Positions 36,588 to 49,146 of a stretch of DNA of 64,000 nucleotides are shown here, in pieces. The stretch spans positions 6,944,001-7,008,000 of the forward strand of contig CATNEN010000029.1 of the NCBI GenBank assembly GCA_950097015.1, written 5' to 3'. Each line of letters begins with the position of its first letter. Within the stretch, counting starts at the first letter, position 1. The notes under the pieces were generated by a model. It ran no database searches, was not told where the DNA came from, and saw only the letters and a program-made list of their open reading frames with translations. The position numbers and the translations under genes are program-made. This stretch comes from Macrostomum hystrix. Taxonomy: Eukaryota; Animalia; Platyhelminthes.

Positions 36588-37084
36588 ATCTAGTGAATAC
36601 CAGCCTACATTTAGGTTCAATCAAGAGCGTGCATTATAGAATCTAAACTTTACAAAAAATCTGATTTAAAAAAACACGTAACAGTGTGATTGCAAATCAG
36701 AACGATATATATATATATAGACTGACCTGCGACTGCCAATTTGTTAACGCTTCCACGCACCTAATCTTATCGTATACCCTAATGCCTATTAGCGCAACCA
36801 TTTTTTATAGGATAATCAATCAGTAGTCTTATCAGCGCAGCTTCTACTTGCCGAATAGTTCAACCTTTGCTATAGAGTAGTCATTTTTCTTCCGCTTGAG
36901 GTCAGGATTTCGCAGATTAGCCTGTCTGCATCCGATACCGCAACACAGGCTTGCTGACCGATTAGCCATCAATTTTGGTGCTTTCAATTGTAACAGATCC
37001 CTTATTTACTGCTAGATTTCACACTTCTCTTGGCTGCGGCATGCATTTCACACTTCTTCATCTTCGCATCTTCCAGCTGAGAGA

Positions 37085-39348
37085 TTTCGCTCTCCTTTCT
37101 CTCCGCTGTCACTCATTATCTATCTCTTCTTTCTCTCCGTTGTTCTACATTATCTATCTATTCTTTCTCTCCGTTGTTCTACTTATCTATCTCTTTTTTC
37201 TCTCCGCTGTCTCTCATTATCTATCTTTTCTTTCTCTCCGTTGTTCTACCTTATCTATCTCTCGTTTCTCTCCGCTGTCTCACCTTGCCTATCTACCTAT
37301 CTCCTTTCACTCACTTGTCTCACCCTATCTATCTCTCCTTTCACTCATTTGCCTCACCTTATCTATCTCTCCTTTCTCTCCGCTGTCTCAGCTTATCTAT
37401 CTTTCCTTTCACTCCGCTGTCTCACCTTATCTATCTCTCCTTTCACTCCGCTGTCTCAGCTTATCTATCTCTCCTTTCTCTCCGCTGTCTCAGCTTATCT
37501 ATCTCTCCTTTCTCTCCGCTGTCTCAGCTTATCTATCTCTCCTTTCACTCCGCTGTCTCAGCTTATCTATCTCTCCTTTCTCTCCGCTGTCTCAGCTTAT
37601 CTATCTCTCCTTTCTCTCCGCTGTCTCAGCTTATCTATCTCTCCTTTCTCTCCGCTGTCTCAGCTTATCTATCTCTCCTTTCTCTCCGCTGTCTCAGCTT
37701 ATCTATCTCTCCTTTCTCTCCGCTGTCTCAGCTTATCTATCTCTCCTTTCTCTCCGCTGTCTCAGCTTATCTATCTCTCCTTTCTCTCCGCTGTCTCAGC
37801 TTATCTGTCTCTCCTTTCTCTCCGCTGTCTCAGCTTATCTATCTCTCCTTTCTCTCCGCTGTCTCTCATTATCTATCTCTTCTTTCTCTCCGTTGTTCTA
37901 CCTTATCTATCTCTCCTTTCTCTCCGCTGTCTCTCATTATCTATCTCTTCTTTCTGTCCGTTGTTCTACCTTATCTATCTCTCCTTTCTCTCCGCTGTCT
38001 CTCATTATCTATCTCTCCGTTCTCTCCGCTGTCTCAGCTTATCTATCTCTCCTTTCTCTCCGCTGTCTTAGCTTATCTATCTCTCCTTTCTCTCCGCTGT
38101 CTCAGCTTATCTGTCAGCTTATCTGCCTCAGCTTATCTCTCAGCTTATCTGCCTCACCTTATCTATCTCTCCTTTCTCTCCGCTGTCTCAGCTTATCTAT
38201 CTCTCCTTTCACTCCGCTGTCTCACCCTGTCTATCTCTCCTTTCACCCATTTGCCTCACCTTATCTATTTCTCCTTTCACTCCGCTGTCTCAACTTATCT
38301 ATCTCTCCTTTCACTCATTTGCCTCACCTTATCTATTTCTCCTTTCACTCCGCTGTCTCAGCTTATCTATCTCTCCTTTCTCTCCGCTGTCTCAGCTTGT
38401 CTATCTCTCCTTTTACTCATTTGCCTCACCTTATCTATTTCTCCTTTCACTCCGCTGTCTCAGCTTATCTATCTCTCCTTTCACTCATTTGCCTCACCTT
38501 ATCTATTTCTCCTTTCACTCCGCTGTCTCAGCTTATCTATCTCTCCTTTCTCTCCGCTGTCTCAGCTTGTCTATCTCTCCTTTCTCTCCGCTGTCTCAGC
38601 TTATCTATCTCTCCTTTCACTCCGCTGTCTCAGCTTATCTATCTATCCTTTCTCTCCGCTGTCTCACCTTACCTATCTACCTATCTCCTTTCACTCACTT
38701 GTCTCACCCTATCTATCTCTCCTTTCACTCATTTGCCTCACCTTATCTATCTCTCCTTTCTCTCCGCTGTCTCAGCTTATCTATCTCTCCTTTCACTCCG
38801 CTGTCTCACCCTGTCTATCTCTCCTTTTACTCATTTGCCTCACCTTATCTATTTCTCCTTTCACTCCGCTGTCTCAGCTTATCTATCTCTCCTTTCACTC
38901 ATTTGCCTCACCTTATCTATTTCTCCTTTCACTCCGCTGTCTCAGCTTATCTATCTCTCCTTTCTCTCCGCTGTCTCAGCTTGTCTATCTCTCCTTTCTC
39001 TCCGCTGTCTCAGCTTATCTATCTCTCCTTTCTCTCCGCTGTCTCACCTTACCTATCTACCTATCTCCTTTCACTCACTTGTGTCACCCTACCTATCTCT
39101 CCTTTCACTCATTTGCCTCACCTTATCTATCTCTCCTTTCTCTCCGCTGTCTCAGCTTATCTATCTCTCCTTTCACTCCGCTGTCTCAGCTTATCTATCT
39201 CTCCTTTCACTCCGCTGTCTCAGCTTATCTATCTCTCCTTTCTCTCCGCTGTCTCAGCTTATCTGTCTCTCCTTTCTCTCCGCTGTCTCAGCTTATCTGT
39301 CTCTCCTTTCTCTCCGCTGTCTCAGCTTATCTATCTCTCCTTTCACTA
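37085..39348. repeat. CT-rich 34-bp minisatellite, about 2.3 kb
   Basis: TCTCTCCGCTGTCTCAGCTTATCTATCTCTCCTT, with variant subunits. Confidence 0.97.
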
Positions 39349-39784
39349 AAAGGAGGGCTGAAATTGCTAGTTATACTTACTGTACGCGAGATATACATGC
39401 GTAGACGTAAGGCAGCTTCATATTTATCAGTCTGGTCCCCGAGGCCGCATGCCTACAAACGTGTTTATAGGCGGTGAATAGAGCAAAAACTTTTCTTCTA
39501 GGAGCAGCAATCTTGTCCACTTCACATGGCTTTGACACGGAGTTGCTGACCACTTCATAAACAGAAGGCTTTGAAAATGGCCAACAAAAAAGCAGCGCGG
39601 ACTTGACAATGACATATGTGCCCATTTTGTATAGTATTCCGCGCTGACTGTTTAAACAGAACGCAAAAAACTTAGAAACATGCTTTTTGTTTAAATCCGA
39701 ATCTTAAGCTTCGGATAAAGAATACATTTGAAATTCGTGATCTGCCCACAGGGAGCTTTTTATCACAAAAAGCTCTGCCGCCGA

Positions 39785-40870
39785 AGGTTTTTCCTGCCTA
39801 GTTTTTTCCCACAGAAAGGTTTTCCCACAGAAAGGTTTTCCCAGAGGAAGGTTTTCCCACAGGAAGGTTTTCCCACAGAAAGGTTTTCCCACAGAAAGGT
39901 TTTCCCACAGGAAGGTTTTCCCACAGGAAGGTTTTCCTACCGGAAGGTTTTCCCACACGAGGGTTTTCCCACCGGAAGGTTTTCCCACAGAAAGGTTTTC
40001 CCAGAGGAAGGTTTTCCTACCGGAAGGTTTTCCCACACGAGGGTTTTCCCACCGGAAGGTTTTCCCATAGGAAGGTTTTCCCAGAGGAAGGTTTCCCACA
40101 GAAAGGTTTTCCCACCGAGGTTTTCCCACAGGAAGGTTTTCCCACTGAAAGGTTTTTCCAGAGGAAGGTTTTCCTACCGGAAGGTTTTCCCACACGAGGG
40201 TTTTCCCACCGGAAGGTTTTCCCAGAGGAAGGTTTTCCCAGAGGAAGGTTTTCCCACAGAAAGGTTTTCCCACAGAAAGGTTTTCCCAGAGGAAGGTTTT
40301 CCCACAGAAAGGTTTTCCCACCGAGGTTTTCCCACAGGAAGGTTTTCCCACAGAAAGGTTTTCCCACCGGAAGGTTTTCCCAGAGGAAGGCTTTCCCACA
40401 GAAAGGTTTTCCCACCGAGGTTTTCCCACAGGAAGGTTTTCCCACAGAAAGGTTTTCCCACAGGAAGGTTTTTCCAGAGGAAGGTTTTCCTACCGGAAGG
40501 TTTTCCCACACGAGGGTTTTCCCACCGGAAGGTTTTCCCACCGGAAGGTTTTCCCACCGGAAGGTTTTCCCACACAAAGGTTTTCCCACCGAGGTTTTCC
40601 CACAGGAAGGTTTTCCCACAGGAAGGTTTTCCCACAGGAAGGTTTTCCCACAGGAAGGTTTTCCCACAGGAAGGTTTTCCCACACAAAGGTTTTCCCACC
40701 GAGGTTTTCCCACAGGAAGGTTTTCCCACAGGAAGGTTTTCCCACACAAAGGTTTTCCCACCGAGGTTTTCCCAGAGGAAGGTTTTCCCACAGGAAGGTT
40801 TTCCCACACAAAGGTTTTCCCACCGAGGTTTTCCCACAGGAAGGTTTTCCCACAGGAAGGTTTTCCCACC
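39785..40870. repeat. 14-16-bp minisatellite
   Basis: GGAAGGTTTTCCCACA units, about 65-70 copies. Confidence 0.97.
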
Positions 40871-41093
40871 TGTCCGAAATTCGATCGAAAAGTTTCCAGA
40901 ATATTTTGTTCGGCTTCCATTCTCTCTGGCAGGGTGTCGGCCCGTCGGCAAGGAGGAGGCATGTTGTAAATGCTTCTTACTGCAGGAGAAGTAGGAGGAG
41001 ATGAAGAGAGAAAAGCGGTGAAATTAAAACAAAGATGCCTTCTTCTTTCTTGAATCTTCTTTTTTCATTGCTAAATATTTGGCAATCTTCGCC

Positions 41094-41138
<45 letters not shown>

Positions 41139-41479
41139 ACCGATTGTAAATTTCGCAGTCATAAAGCTGACAGCATCGCGGTCGCGGCCCTTCTTATCAT
41201 CTTTGGCGCGGCCATTTCGACCAATTTTTATGCTTTTTTGTGTTTCTGCGCCTCAATCCCTATCAAGTTGCTTTCACACGCTATTGGTGGGACAGTTTCA
41301 TTGCCCTCGGAGAGATAGGCTTTTCGGATCAGTCCGTGTTCAACTGGCTAGATAAAAATTTAAGAGGGAGCAGTATGGAATTTAATGAATAGCACCAGAC
41401 CTTTTCGAACTGAGTCAATTTGTCACAAATATTAGGAGAGTCCAATACGAAGCTACATGTTTATTACAATGGTTACCCT

Positions 41480-41935
41480 CTGTCTGTTTACTGATTGGCC
41501 ACAGCCCTCAGAGTCTGTTTACTGATTGGCCACTAGCTCTCAGAGTCTGTTTACTGATTGGCCACAGCCCTCAGAGTCTGTTTACTGATTGGCCACTACT
41601 CTCAGAGTCTGTTTGCCGATTGGCCACTACTCTCAGAGTCTGTTTACTGATTAGCCACTACTCTCAGAGTCAGTTTACTGATTGGCCACAGCCCCCAGAG
41701 TCTGTTTACTGATTGGCCACTACTCTCAGAGTCTGTTTACTGATTGGCCACAGCCCTCAGAGTCTGTTTACTGATTGGCCACAGCTCTCAGAGTCTGTTT
41801 ACTGATTGGCCACTACTCTCAGAGTCTGTTTACTGATTGGCCACAGCCCTCAGAGTCTGTTTACTGATTGGCCACTACTCTCAGAGTCTGTTTACTGATT
41901 GGCCACAGGCCTTAGACTCAGTTTGCTCATTGGCC
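41480..41935. repeat. 31/32-bp minisatellite containing a CCAAT box
   Basis: TTTACTGATTGGCCAC(AGCC/TACT)CTCAGAGTCTG units. Confidence 0.95.
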
Positions 41936-41999
41936 ACAACCCTTAGTCTCTATTTGTTACCTGTTTAGCATCAACCTCTAATCCCCCGCCCTTCATCAG

Positions 42000-44088
42000 A
42001 TCTGAAATTCGCTAACTGCCAGCTGGAGAACGGCAGCCTCTGGGACGAATTCGACCAGTTGGGAACGGAGATGATCGTCACCAAGGCTGGCAGGTGATTG
42101 GCTGCGACAATCTCCTCCAATCGCTGATTACTATAAGATTGTAGACAGTCAGCAACAAAGAGTCAGATAGATAGAAGATACAGTTCAATATTGAAATTCG
42201 AGTTGTAAAAAATTGTAAAAACTGCAATCCAAAACCGACCCACCCACCCTTGCTGTCTCCAGGCGGATGTTTCCCACCTATCAGCTCCGGCTAGCGGGCC
42301 TGGACCCCGGCGCCAGATACGCCCTGCTGCTGGACTTTGCTCCGTGCGATGATAAGCGCTATCGATACAGCTTTCACACGTCTAGCTGGATTGTAGCGGG
42401 TGAGTTCTGCACCTGACTCTCACACAGTCTGCACCTGACTCTCACACAGTCTGCACCTGACTCTCACACAGTCTGCACCCTCACAGTCTGCACCTGACTC
42501 TCACACAGTCTGCACCTGACTCTCACACAGTCTGCACCTGACTCTCACACAGTCTGCACCTGACTCTCACACAGTCTGCACCTGACTCTCACACAGTCTG
42601 CACCTGACTCTCACACTAGAATCCCAACCGAAACCCCAGCAGGCAAAGGTGACCCGCAGTCAGCCGGTCGAGTTCACGTGCACCAGGACAGCCCCGCCAG
42701 GGGTGCGCACTGGATGAAGCAGGCAGTCACTTTCGATAAGCTGAAGCTTACAAACAACCCGGCCGATGGGGGCGGTCACGTGAGCACTGGCGGGCTCTGT
42801 GATTGGCTGACTTTTTTGTTTAGTTTGAGAGGTGGATGATTGTGCAGAGTTTACTTGTCGATGGATAATTAGAAAGATTAGGAGTAAATTGCAGAGTATA
42901 TATTAATGAATTATAAGCGTACTGTAAAGTACTGTTGTACTTAGCACCTGTGCTCAATACACTCCAGTTGAAAGTTGTACTATTAACTCCTCCGCTTGGG
43001 TTCACAATGCTCAGATCGTCCTGAACTCGATGCACCGCTACCAGCCAAGGCTGCATATTGTTCGCCTCGGCGATGGCCACGAAGCTGACGACGCGGCCGA
43101 CTGCCGAGCTGCAACTCTTGCCGCAGCCGCTGCCGCAGTGGGTCCAGCTGAGGTTACGGCGTCGTCGGTTAGTCGCTATGGCAACATAGCAGCAGAGATC
43201 CGCACTTTCGCCTTTCAGGAGACAAAGTTCTATGCGGTCACAGCGTATCAAAATCACCGGGTCAGTGTAACATTTTAAAGTCAAATTACCTAATTCCAAT
43301 TGGCGCCAAACTCTAGATTTTCAAATTGGCGCCAAACTTTTAGATAACGCAGCTGAAAATTGCCAGCAATCCGTTTGCCAAAGGCTTCAGGGACTGCGAC
43401 CCCGATGATTGGTGAGACTGATGGGATTTAAAAAAATGTAGACCGGTTTTGCTAGATTCTTGCAGCGAAGCATTTTCTGAGAACAATTTTCGCTCATCAT
43501 CCTTAGCGTCGCGCAAGTGCTCAACCAGCTCAGTCTGCCGTCCAAGATGCCCCGGGCGCTGCTGGCCGGAGTCACGGCGGCTCAGGCAAAGCGATGCGCC
43601 TCCAGCGCAGGCAGCGGGGCCAGCCAGCACCAGCACCAGTGCCATCAGCAGGTGGCTGCGGCGGCGGCGGCTGCGGCTGCAGCTGCGGCGCTTCAGTTTC
43701 ACGGGCAGCAGTCAGGTGGGACATAAAGAAGTGGCGATTATGGGGATGGTTTGAAAATGGGATCTGGGACGGTTTGAAAATGGGATCTGGGACGGTTTGA
43801 AAATGGGATCTGGGTTCGGTTTGAAAATGGGATCTGGGATGGCCTGAAAATGGGATCTGGGATAGTTTGAAATCGGGATGTAAAAGCAAATTGGGGAAAC
43901 AAAAACAGGGCATCTGAGACACAAACTCTGAAACAAGGCACTCGATTCCCAATTAAAGTCAATCAGGTCACGGCCACCTCGGCAGCTGTTCAAATTGCGG
44001 GCTCATGCTTTGCTAGCAGAGTCAGCGGCTGCAACAGCGCCTTCTCGCCAGGAATCTACCAGCATCAGCAGCAGCAAAGTCATGAACA

Positions 44089-44124
<36 letters not shown>

Positions 44125-44323
44125 CTATATGCGGCCTTTCTATCAGCAGCATTCGCACTCACACTATCACCATGCCTACCAGCACCACCATCATCAGCCT
44201 TCGGCGGCGGCAGCCGCTGCCGCTGCTGCAGCTGCGGCAGCTGATTTGTCGGCAGCCGCCGTTGCCTCCTACTATCAGCAGCAGCAACAGCAGGCCTTCT
44301 ATTCTGGCTGCTTGCCAAAATGA
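42000..44323 (+). CDS. TBX1: T-box transcription factor, TBX1/10 (org-1) class; 5' exon(s) not identified
   Basis: Exons 42000-42093, 42263-42399, 42643-42779, 43015-43260, 43344-43411, 43507-43715 and about 43986-44323, with compatible phases. Motifs [47 protein letters not shown] and [25 protein letters not shown] are TBX1-type. Confidence 0.9.
42406..42617. repeat. 22-bp intronic minisatellite in the T-box gene
   Basis: TCTGCACCTGACTCTCACACAG, about 9.5 copies. Confidence 0.95.
43745..43870. repeat. 23-bp intronic repeat in the T-box gene
   Basis: GGTTTGAAAATGGGATCTGGGAC, about 5 copies. Confidence 0.9.
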
Positions 44324-44487
44324 TACGGAAAGATTTTTTCACAATGTTCTTCGCTTTTGTGGGTGCAAAAAGTCTCCCTTCGTTGTTTCAACTACTCTGT
44401 TTATAAGCATTGTAATTTACATTGACTGCCTCGATCGACTTGATGCTTTTGAGGCTTGATGCATGAGCCACCGTGTTCTATAGTTAG

Positions 44488-45365
44488 ATGATTAGATGGC
44501 TGTCCAATAATGGATGGTTGTCCAATAATGGATGGTTGCCCAATAATGGATGGTTGTCCAATAATGGATGGTTGTCCAATAATGGATGGTTGTCCAATAA
44601 TGGATGGTTGTCCAATAATGGATGGCTGTCCAATAATGGATGGTTGTCCAATAATGTATGGCTGTCCAATAATGTATGGCTGTCCAATAATGGATGGTTG
44701 TCCAATAATGGATGGTTGCCCGATAATGGATGGTTGTCCAATAATGGATGGTTGCCCAATAATGGATGGTTGTCCAATAATGGATGGCTGTCCAATAATG
44801 GATGGTTTTCCAATAATGGATGGTTGTCCAATAATGGATGGTTGTCCAATAATGGATGGTTGTCCAATAATGGATGGTTGTCCAATAATGGATGGCTGTC
44901 CAATAATGGATGGCTGTCCAATAATGTATGGCTGTCCAATAATGGATGGTTGTCCAATAATGGATGGTTGCCCGATAATGGATGGTTGTCCAATAATGGA
45001 TGGTTGCCCAATAATGGATGGTTGTCCAATAATGGATGGCTGTCCAATAATGGATGGTTTCCAATAATGGATGGTTGTCCAATAATGGATGGTTGTCCAA
45101 TAATGGATGGTTGCCCAATAATGGATGGTTGTCCAATAATGGATGGTTGTCCAATAATGGATGGTTGTCCAATAATGGATGGTTGTCCAATAATGGATGG
45201 CTGTCCAATAATGGATGGTTGTCCAATAATGGATGGTTGTCCAATAATGGATGGCTGTCCAATAATGGATGGTTGTCCAATAATGGATGGTTGTCCAATA
45301 ATGGATGGCTGTCCAATAATGGATGGTTGTCCAATAATGGATGGTTGTCCAATAATGGATGGCTG
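44488..45365. repeat. 18-bp minisatellite
   Basis: TCCAATAATGGATGGTTG units. Confidence 0.97.
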
Positions 45366-45617
45366 AGTAATACGCTCGTAATTACTGGTTGTATCGCATC
45401 ATATAAACCACTAGCTTGCAGAAAAAACAACTAATGTACAAAGGCTTTTTTAGAAATAAAATTGTAATAAATCCTCAAAATGTTTTCGTCCTTGATTTTT
45501 ACATAATAGCAATAAAAATTTAATTAAAAAATTAACTAATTTCAGCCTAGATAGCCTACGTGACAAATATCTTCTGTAAGACAGTCGTTACATTGATTGA
45601 GTTGTTCGATCTTGAGC

Positions 45618-46272
45618 AGAGGATTACTGGATTAAGAGTAGCTTGGCATAGGAGATTACTGGATTAAGAGTGGCTTGGCATAGGAGATTATTGGATTAAG
45701 AGTAGCTTGGCATAGGAGATTACTTGGATTAAGAGTGGCTTGGCATAGGAGATTACTTGGATTAAGAGTAGCTTGGCATAGGAGATTACTTGGATTAAGA
45801 GTGGCTTGGCATAGGAGATTACTGGATTAAGAGTAGCTTGGCATAGGAGATTACTTGGATTAAGAGTGGCTTGGCATAGGAGATTATTGGATTAAGAGTA
45901 GCTTGGCATAGGAGATTACTTGGATTAAGAGTGGCTTGGCATAGGAGATTACTTGGATTAAGAGTGGCTTGGCCTGGAGTAGAGGATTACTGGATTAAGA
46001 GTAGCTTGGCATAGGAGATTACTTGGATTAAGAGTGGCTTGGCATAGGAGATTACTTGGATTAAGAGTGGCTTGGCATAGGAGATTACTTGGATTAAGAG
46101 TGGCTTGGCATAGGAGATTACTGGATTAAGAGTGGCTTGGCATAGGAGATTACTGGATTAAGAGTGGCTTGGCATAGGAGATTACTTGGATTAAGAGTGG
46201 CTTGGCCTGGAGTAGAGGATTACTTGGATTAAGAGTGGCTTGGCATAGGAGATTACTGGATTAAGAGTGGCT
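45618..46272. repeat. 32/33-bp minisatellite
   Basis: GGATTAAGAGTGGCTTGGCATAGGAGATTACT(T) units. Confidence 0.96.
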
Positions 46273-47064
46273 GCAGATATTTACTCCGACAATACCCAGA
46301 GCAAAAAATAATGAAGGTAGAACCATAGAAGGCCATCCGTATGTGAATTTTACATTTGCTAAGCTGCAGCTACAAATATATATTTGTTTAGTTTCGATCA
46401 GGATAAGGAAAGGGTTATAATAATTTTATTAACGAATAGAAACGCTGATGATTGACCATGCGGTGTAGTTAATTTAAATTTTGCAACACAAAGGTTTCAG
46501 GGCAGCGAAGTATGGCTCAATTTTATTTACGCACATAGGCAGAAGCATGTTCTAGCTTTACTACTGTACGCTACGTTTAGTAGTATAGCGAAATGTTTTA
46601 GTAGTAGTTGCTAATAAAATAATAAAAGAACTCGCGTTCTATATTAAGAGACTTGTAATAAGTCAGGGGCGACTCCGAGTAGGTATTTTACATAGACAGT
46701 GCATTTTCTCTGTCAGTTTGATATTGATTAGTCATCAGTAAGGCAATACAGATATAAAGTACTTATAACGGCTTATTCAATAGATTTAAGTAGATGCAGA
46801 ACGTAATAGAAATTTTAAAATGTTAACTTTAAACAGAGAGAAAAGGAAGGCCGGTGGTTCTCTTGTAGCGGAAATCGGCGGGACCTTGAAAAAAGAAGAA
46901 CGAGCGGAGCAGGGGGTGGGCGGGGTAGCAAGCTAAAACGCGCCAACCAATCAGCTTCATTGTCTTTGTTCATCAACTTTCAACAAAGCGAAATGCTTTG
47001 CAAATCTTTCTATTATTATTATTACCAACGAATTTTTGTTAGAAATATATGAATCGTCGCTATT

Positions 47065-47999
47065 TTAACGCTTCGCGTTGCTATAGGAACTGCGCGCCGG
47101 CGGCACTTTGAAACTAGCGGCGGCCTGGTACTGCAGCTGGTAGGCCAGCGGGTGCACTTTGAAGCCGTACAGACGCGGCACGAACTGATTGGCCGGCCGT
47201 TTGGGCCGGTATTCCGGGTGCACTAAAAATAGCATATGGGGAAATCCCGTGCCAAAGTAGGCGCCGTCGGTGTGGTGGTGACGAGAAGACTTCGGCGTAT
47301 AGACGTCCTGACACTTCGGGCAGTAGAGCTTCACCATGGCCTCGCCGGGCACATCCGACAGGCCTGCGGAAGAGGGTGAAGCAGCGGTGATTGGCTGAAG
47401 CTTTCCCTTAGCCCTACAAACCCGTAGCTGGTAATACACTGCATTCAAATATCATAGAGAGAAATTATACCATATAGATATACAACCTATTAGCATCACA
47501 ACCACAACCCATACACAAATTGTATCACTTTAGCTGTGATTCGAACTCCCGATCTCACGGTCAATTTTTAATCCGGAATAGCTAAGCTGTTTAAACCCGA
47601 AAAAAATAGCAAAAAACAATTCATAAATGCTCACCAATTGGCATGACCGGCTGATTCTCGCAGTAGACTCGCGGACAGAAGCTAAATTCGCCATTCTGCC
47701 ATTTCTCAATCATCTGGGCGATACCGCGGTTAGTCATAATGTAGCGGGCGTGGATCAGGCCGTAGAGCATCTCGGCAGCCTGCTCAATGATGTCGGACTG
47801 GTTGGCGTCGGACAGGTTGTCGTCGGCCTTCAAGGTCCAGGATCATGTCCAGAGCCTGGTGATAGTGGGGCACCTGTTCATTTAGGCCGGTCAGGTTAAA
47901 CTTGTCCTGAATGTAATCTTCGTCAACCTCGCAGAAGAATTCGTTGCCTCGCAGGCCGCAGAACCAGGAGATCCAAGAAACTTCCTCGCTGGAACTCAT
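47065..47999 (-). CDS. CSNK2B: Casein kinase II subunit beta, with one apparent frameshift near 47830
   Basis: [39 protein letters not shown].. and [10 protein letters not shown]..|[33 protein letters not shown]. Intron 47634-47364 is phase 1. The frame changes at GAA G GCC GAC. Confidence 0.95.
47525..47595 (-). mobile_element. SINE head fragment in the CK2 beta intron
   Basis: GATTCGAACTCCCGATC is a B-box-like reverse complement. Confidence 0.5.
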
Positions 48000-48254
48000 G
48001 GCGTCTAGTTGGCGGCGCACTGCTGGAACGGTTGAGGTGTGACGGATCCAATACATTGAATAGTTAATAATATGCAGTGGATCTTCAAGTATGTATTTTA
48101 AAAAACAAAACAAATAGAGATCGAACTTGTAAACATTTTTAGAACGGACGGAGGCTTAGCTTACGAAATTAACGGAGGTTCATTTCGATACAAAACGTAT
48201 AGAAATAACAACAAATGACACCTGCCTTAACTGGACCAGATGTGCAGCGGATAG

Positions 48255-48480
48255 CACAGCCGCAGCTATTGCGCACGGATGTTCATTCCATGGACTGGGA
48301 GGACGCGACACGCACTCAATTATCCAGCTAATGCTGGTACCCACTGAAAAGCTGGGAGAACTGAATCAATGCAGAGTTAAGTGCCATGCTAAAAACCACA
48401 AATTGTTCCTGCGAAGTCGGGAATCGAACCCCCGCCCGAATCTAAGTCGTAAATTTCGACATTCTAACAACTAGTCAACA
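48255..48480 (-). mobile_element. Near full-length SINE upstream of CK2 beta
   Basis: Contains GCTATTGCGC, CCATGGACTGGG, GCTGGTACCCA and GGAATCGAACCCCC in the same order as the 30325 copy. Confidence 0.78.
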
Positions 48481-49114
48481 AACCCTACGCCAAGCTTGCA
48501 AAAATAACTGAGCTAAAGCTCGCAAAGCTAACCTAGGTTAAGCTTTAAAAAGTAACGGAACTTAAAATAGAAAAAAGTAACGCCAGCTAATATTTTAGTA
48601 AAAGAAAAGAAGGTTCGAAAAAATAAGAGTAGGAAATTCATATTCAAATTAAAGAAAATTACCTCACTGACTACTAGAAGTAAATAGAAAGGACAAAGTT
48701 AAGAAAAAAACTATTTGAAATAGTCTCAACCAATTTATTGATACTTTGCAGCAATCGAACACCAGCATAGAAGCAAGTCCGAGTTAAAGTGCAGATTTTG
48801 TTTAAATAAAACAAGAGTAGATTAGTAAAACATCCGCCACTTTGAGCACTTGTGCCGTTTTTGTTACGGATGTTAAGGACATAAAAAGAGGGTTTCTGGC
48901 AGCAAAAGATTGCTTGAGGAAAATAAAATAAAATAGGCAAAATCTGTGACTTTGTAAGCATTTCTACTTATTGTTCATGCCAGGCTGTGGAAGATTTCTT
49001 AATGAATATTAACCAACTAATGAATACAGATTGTGAAAAACTTTGACAGAAACAAAGTAAACACAAACAAATAACAATGCAAGAGTCGCCGAGAAGGTTC
49101 AATCAATCAATCAA

Positions 49115-49146
<32 letters not shown>

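Noticed and set aside
35828-41360. First coding exon of the T-box gene (e.g. 36200-36330 or the poly-CTG tract at about 41095)
   Set aside because: No candidate had both a start codon and the phase-1 donor needed to join 42000.
34907-45434. Long ORFs over tandem arrays (e.g. 36975-39404, 39728-40969, 44488-45366)
   Set aside because: They are stop-free translations of minisatellites in several frames and strands, with no domain content.
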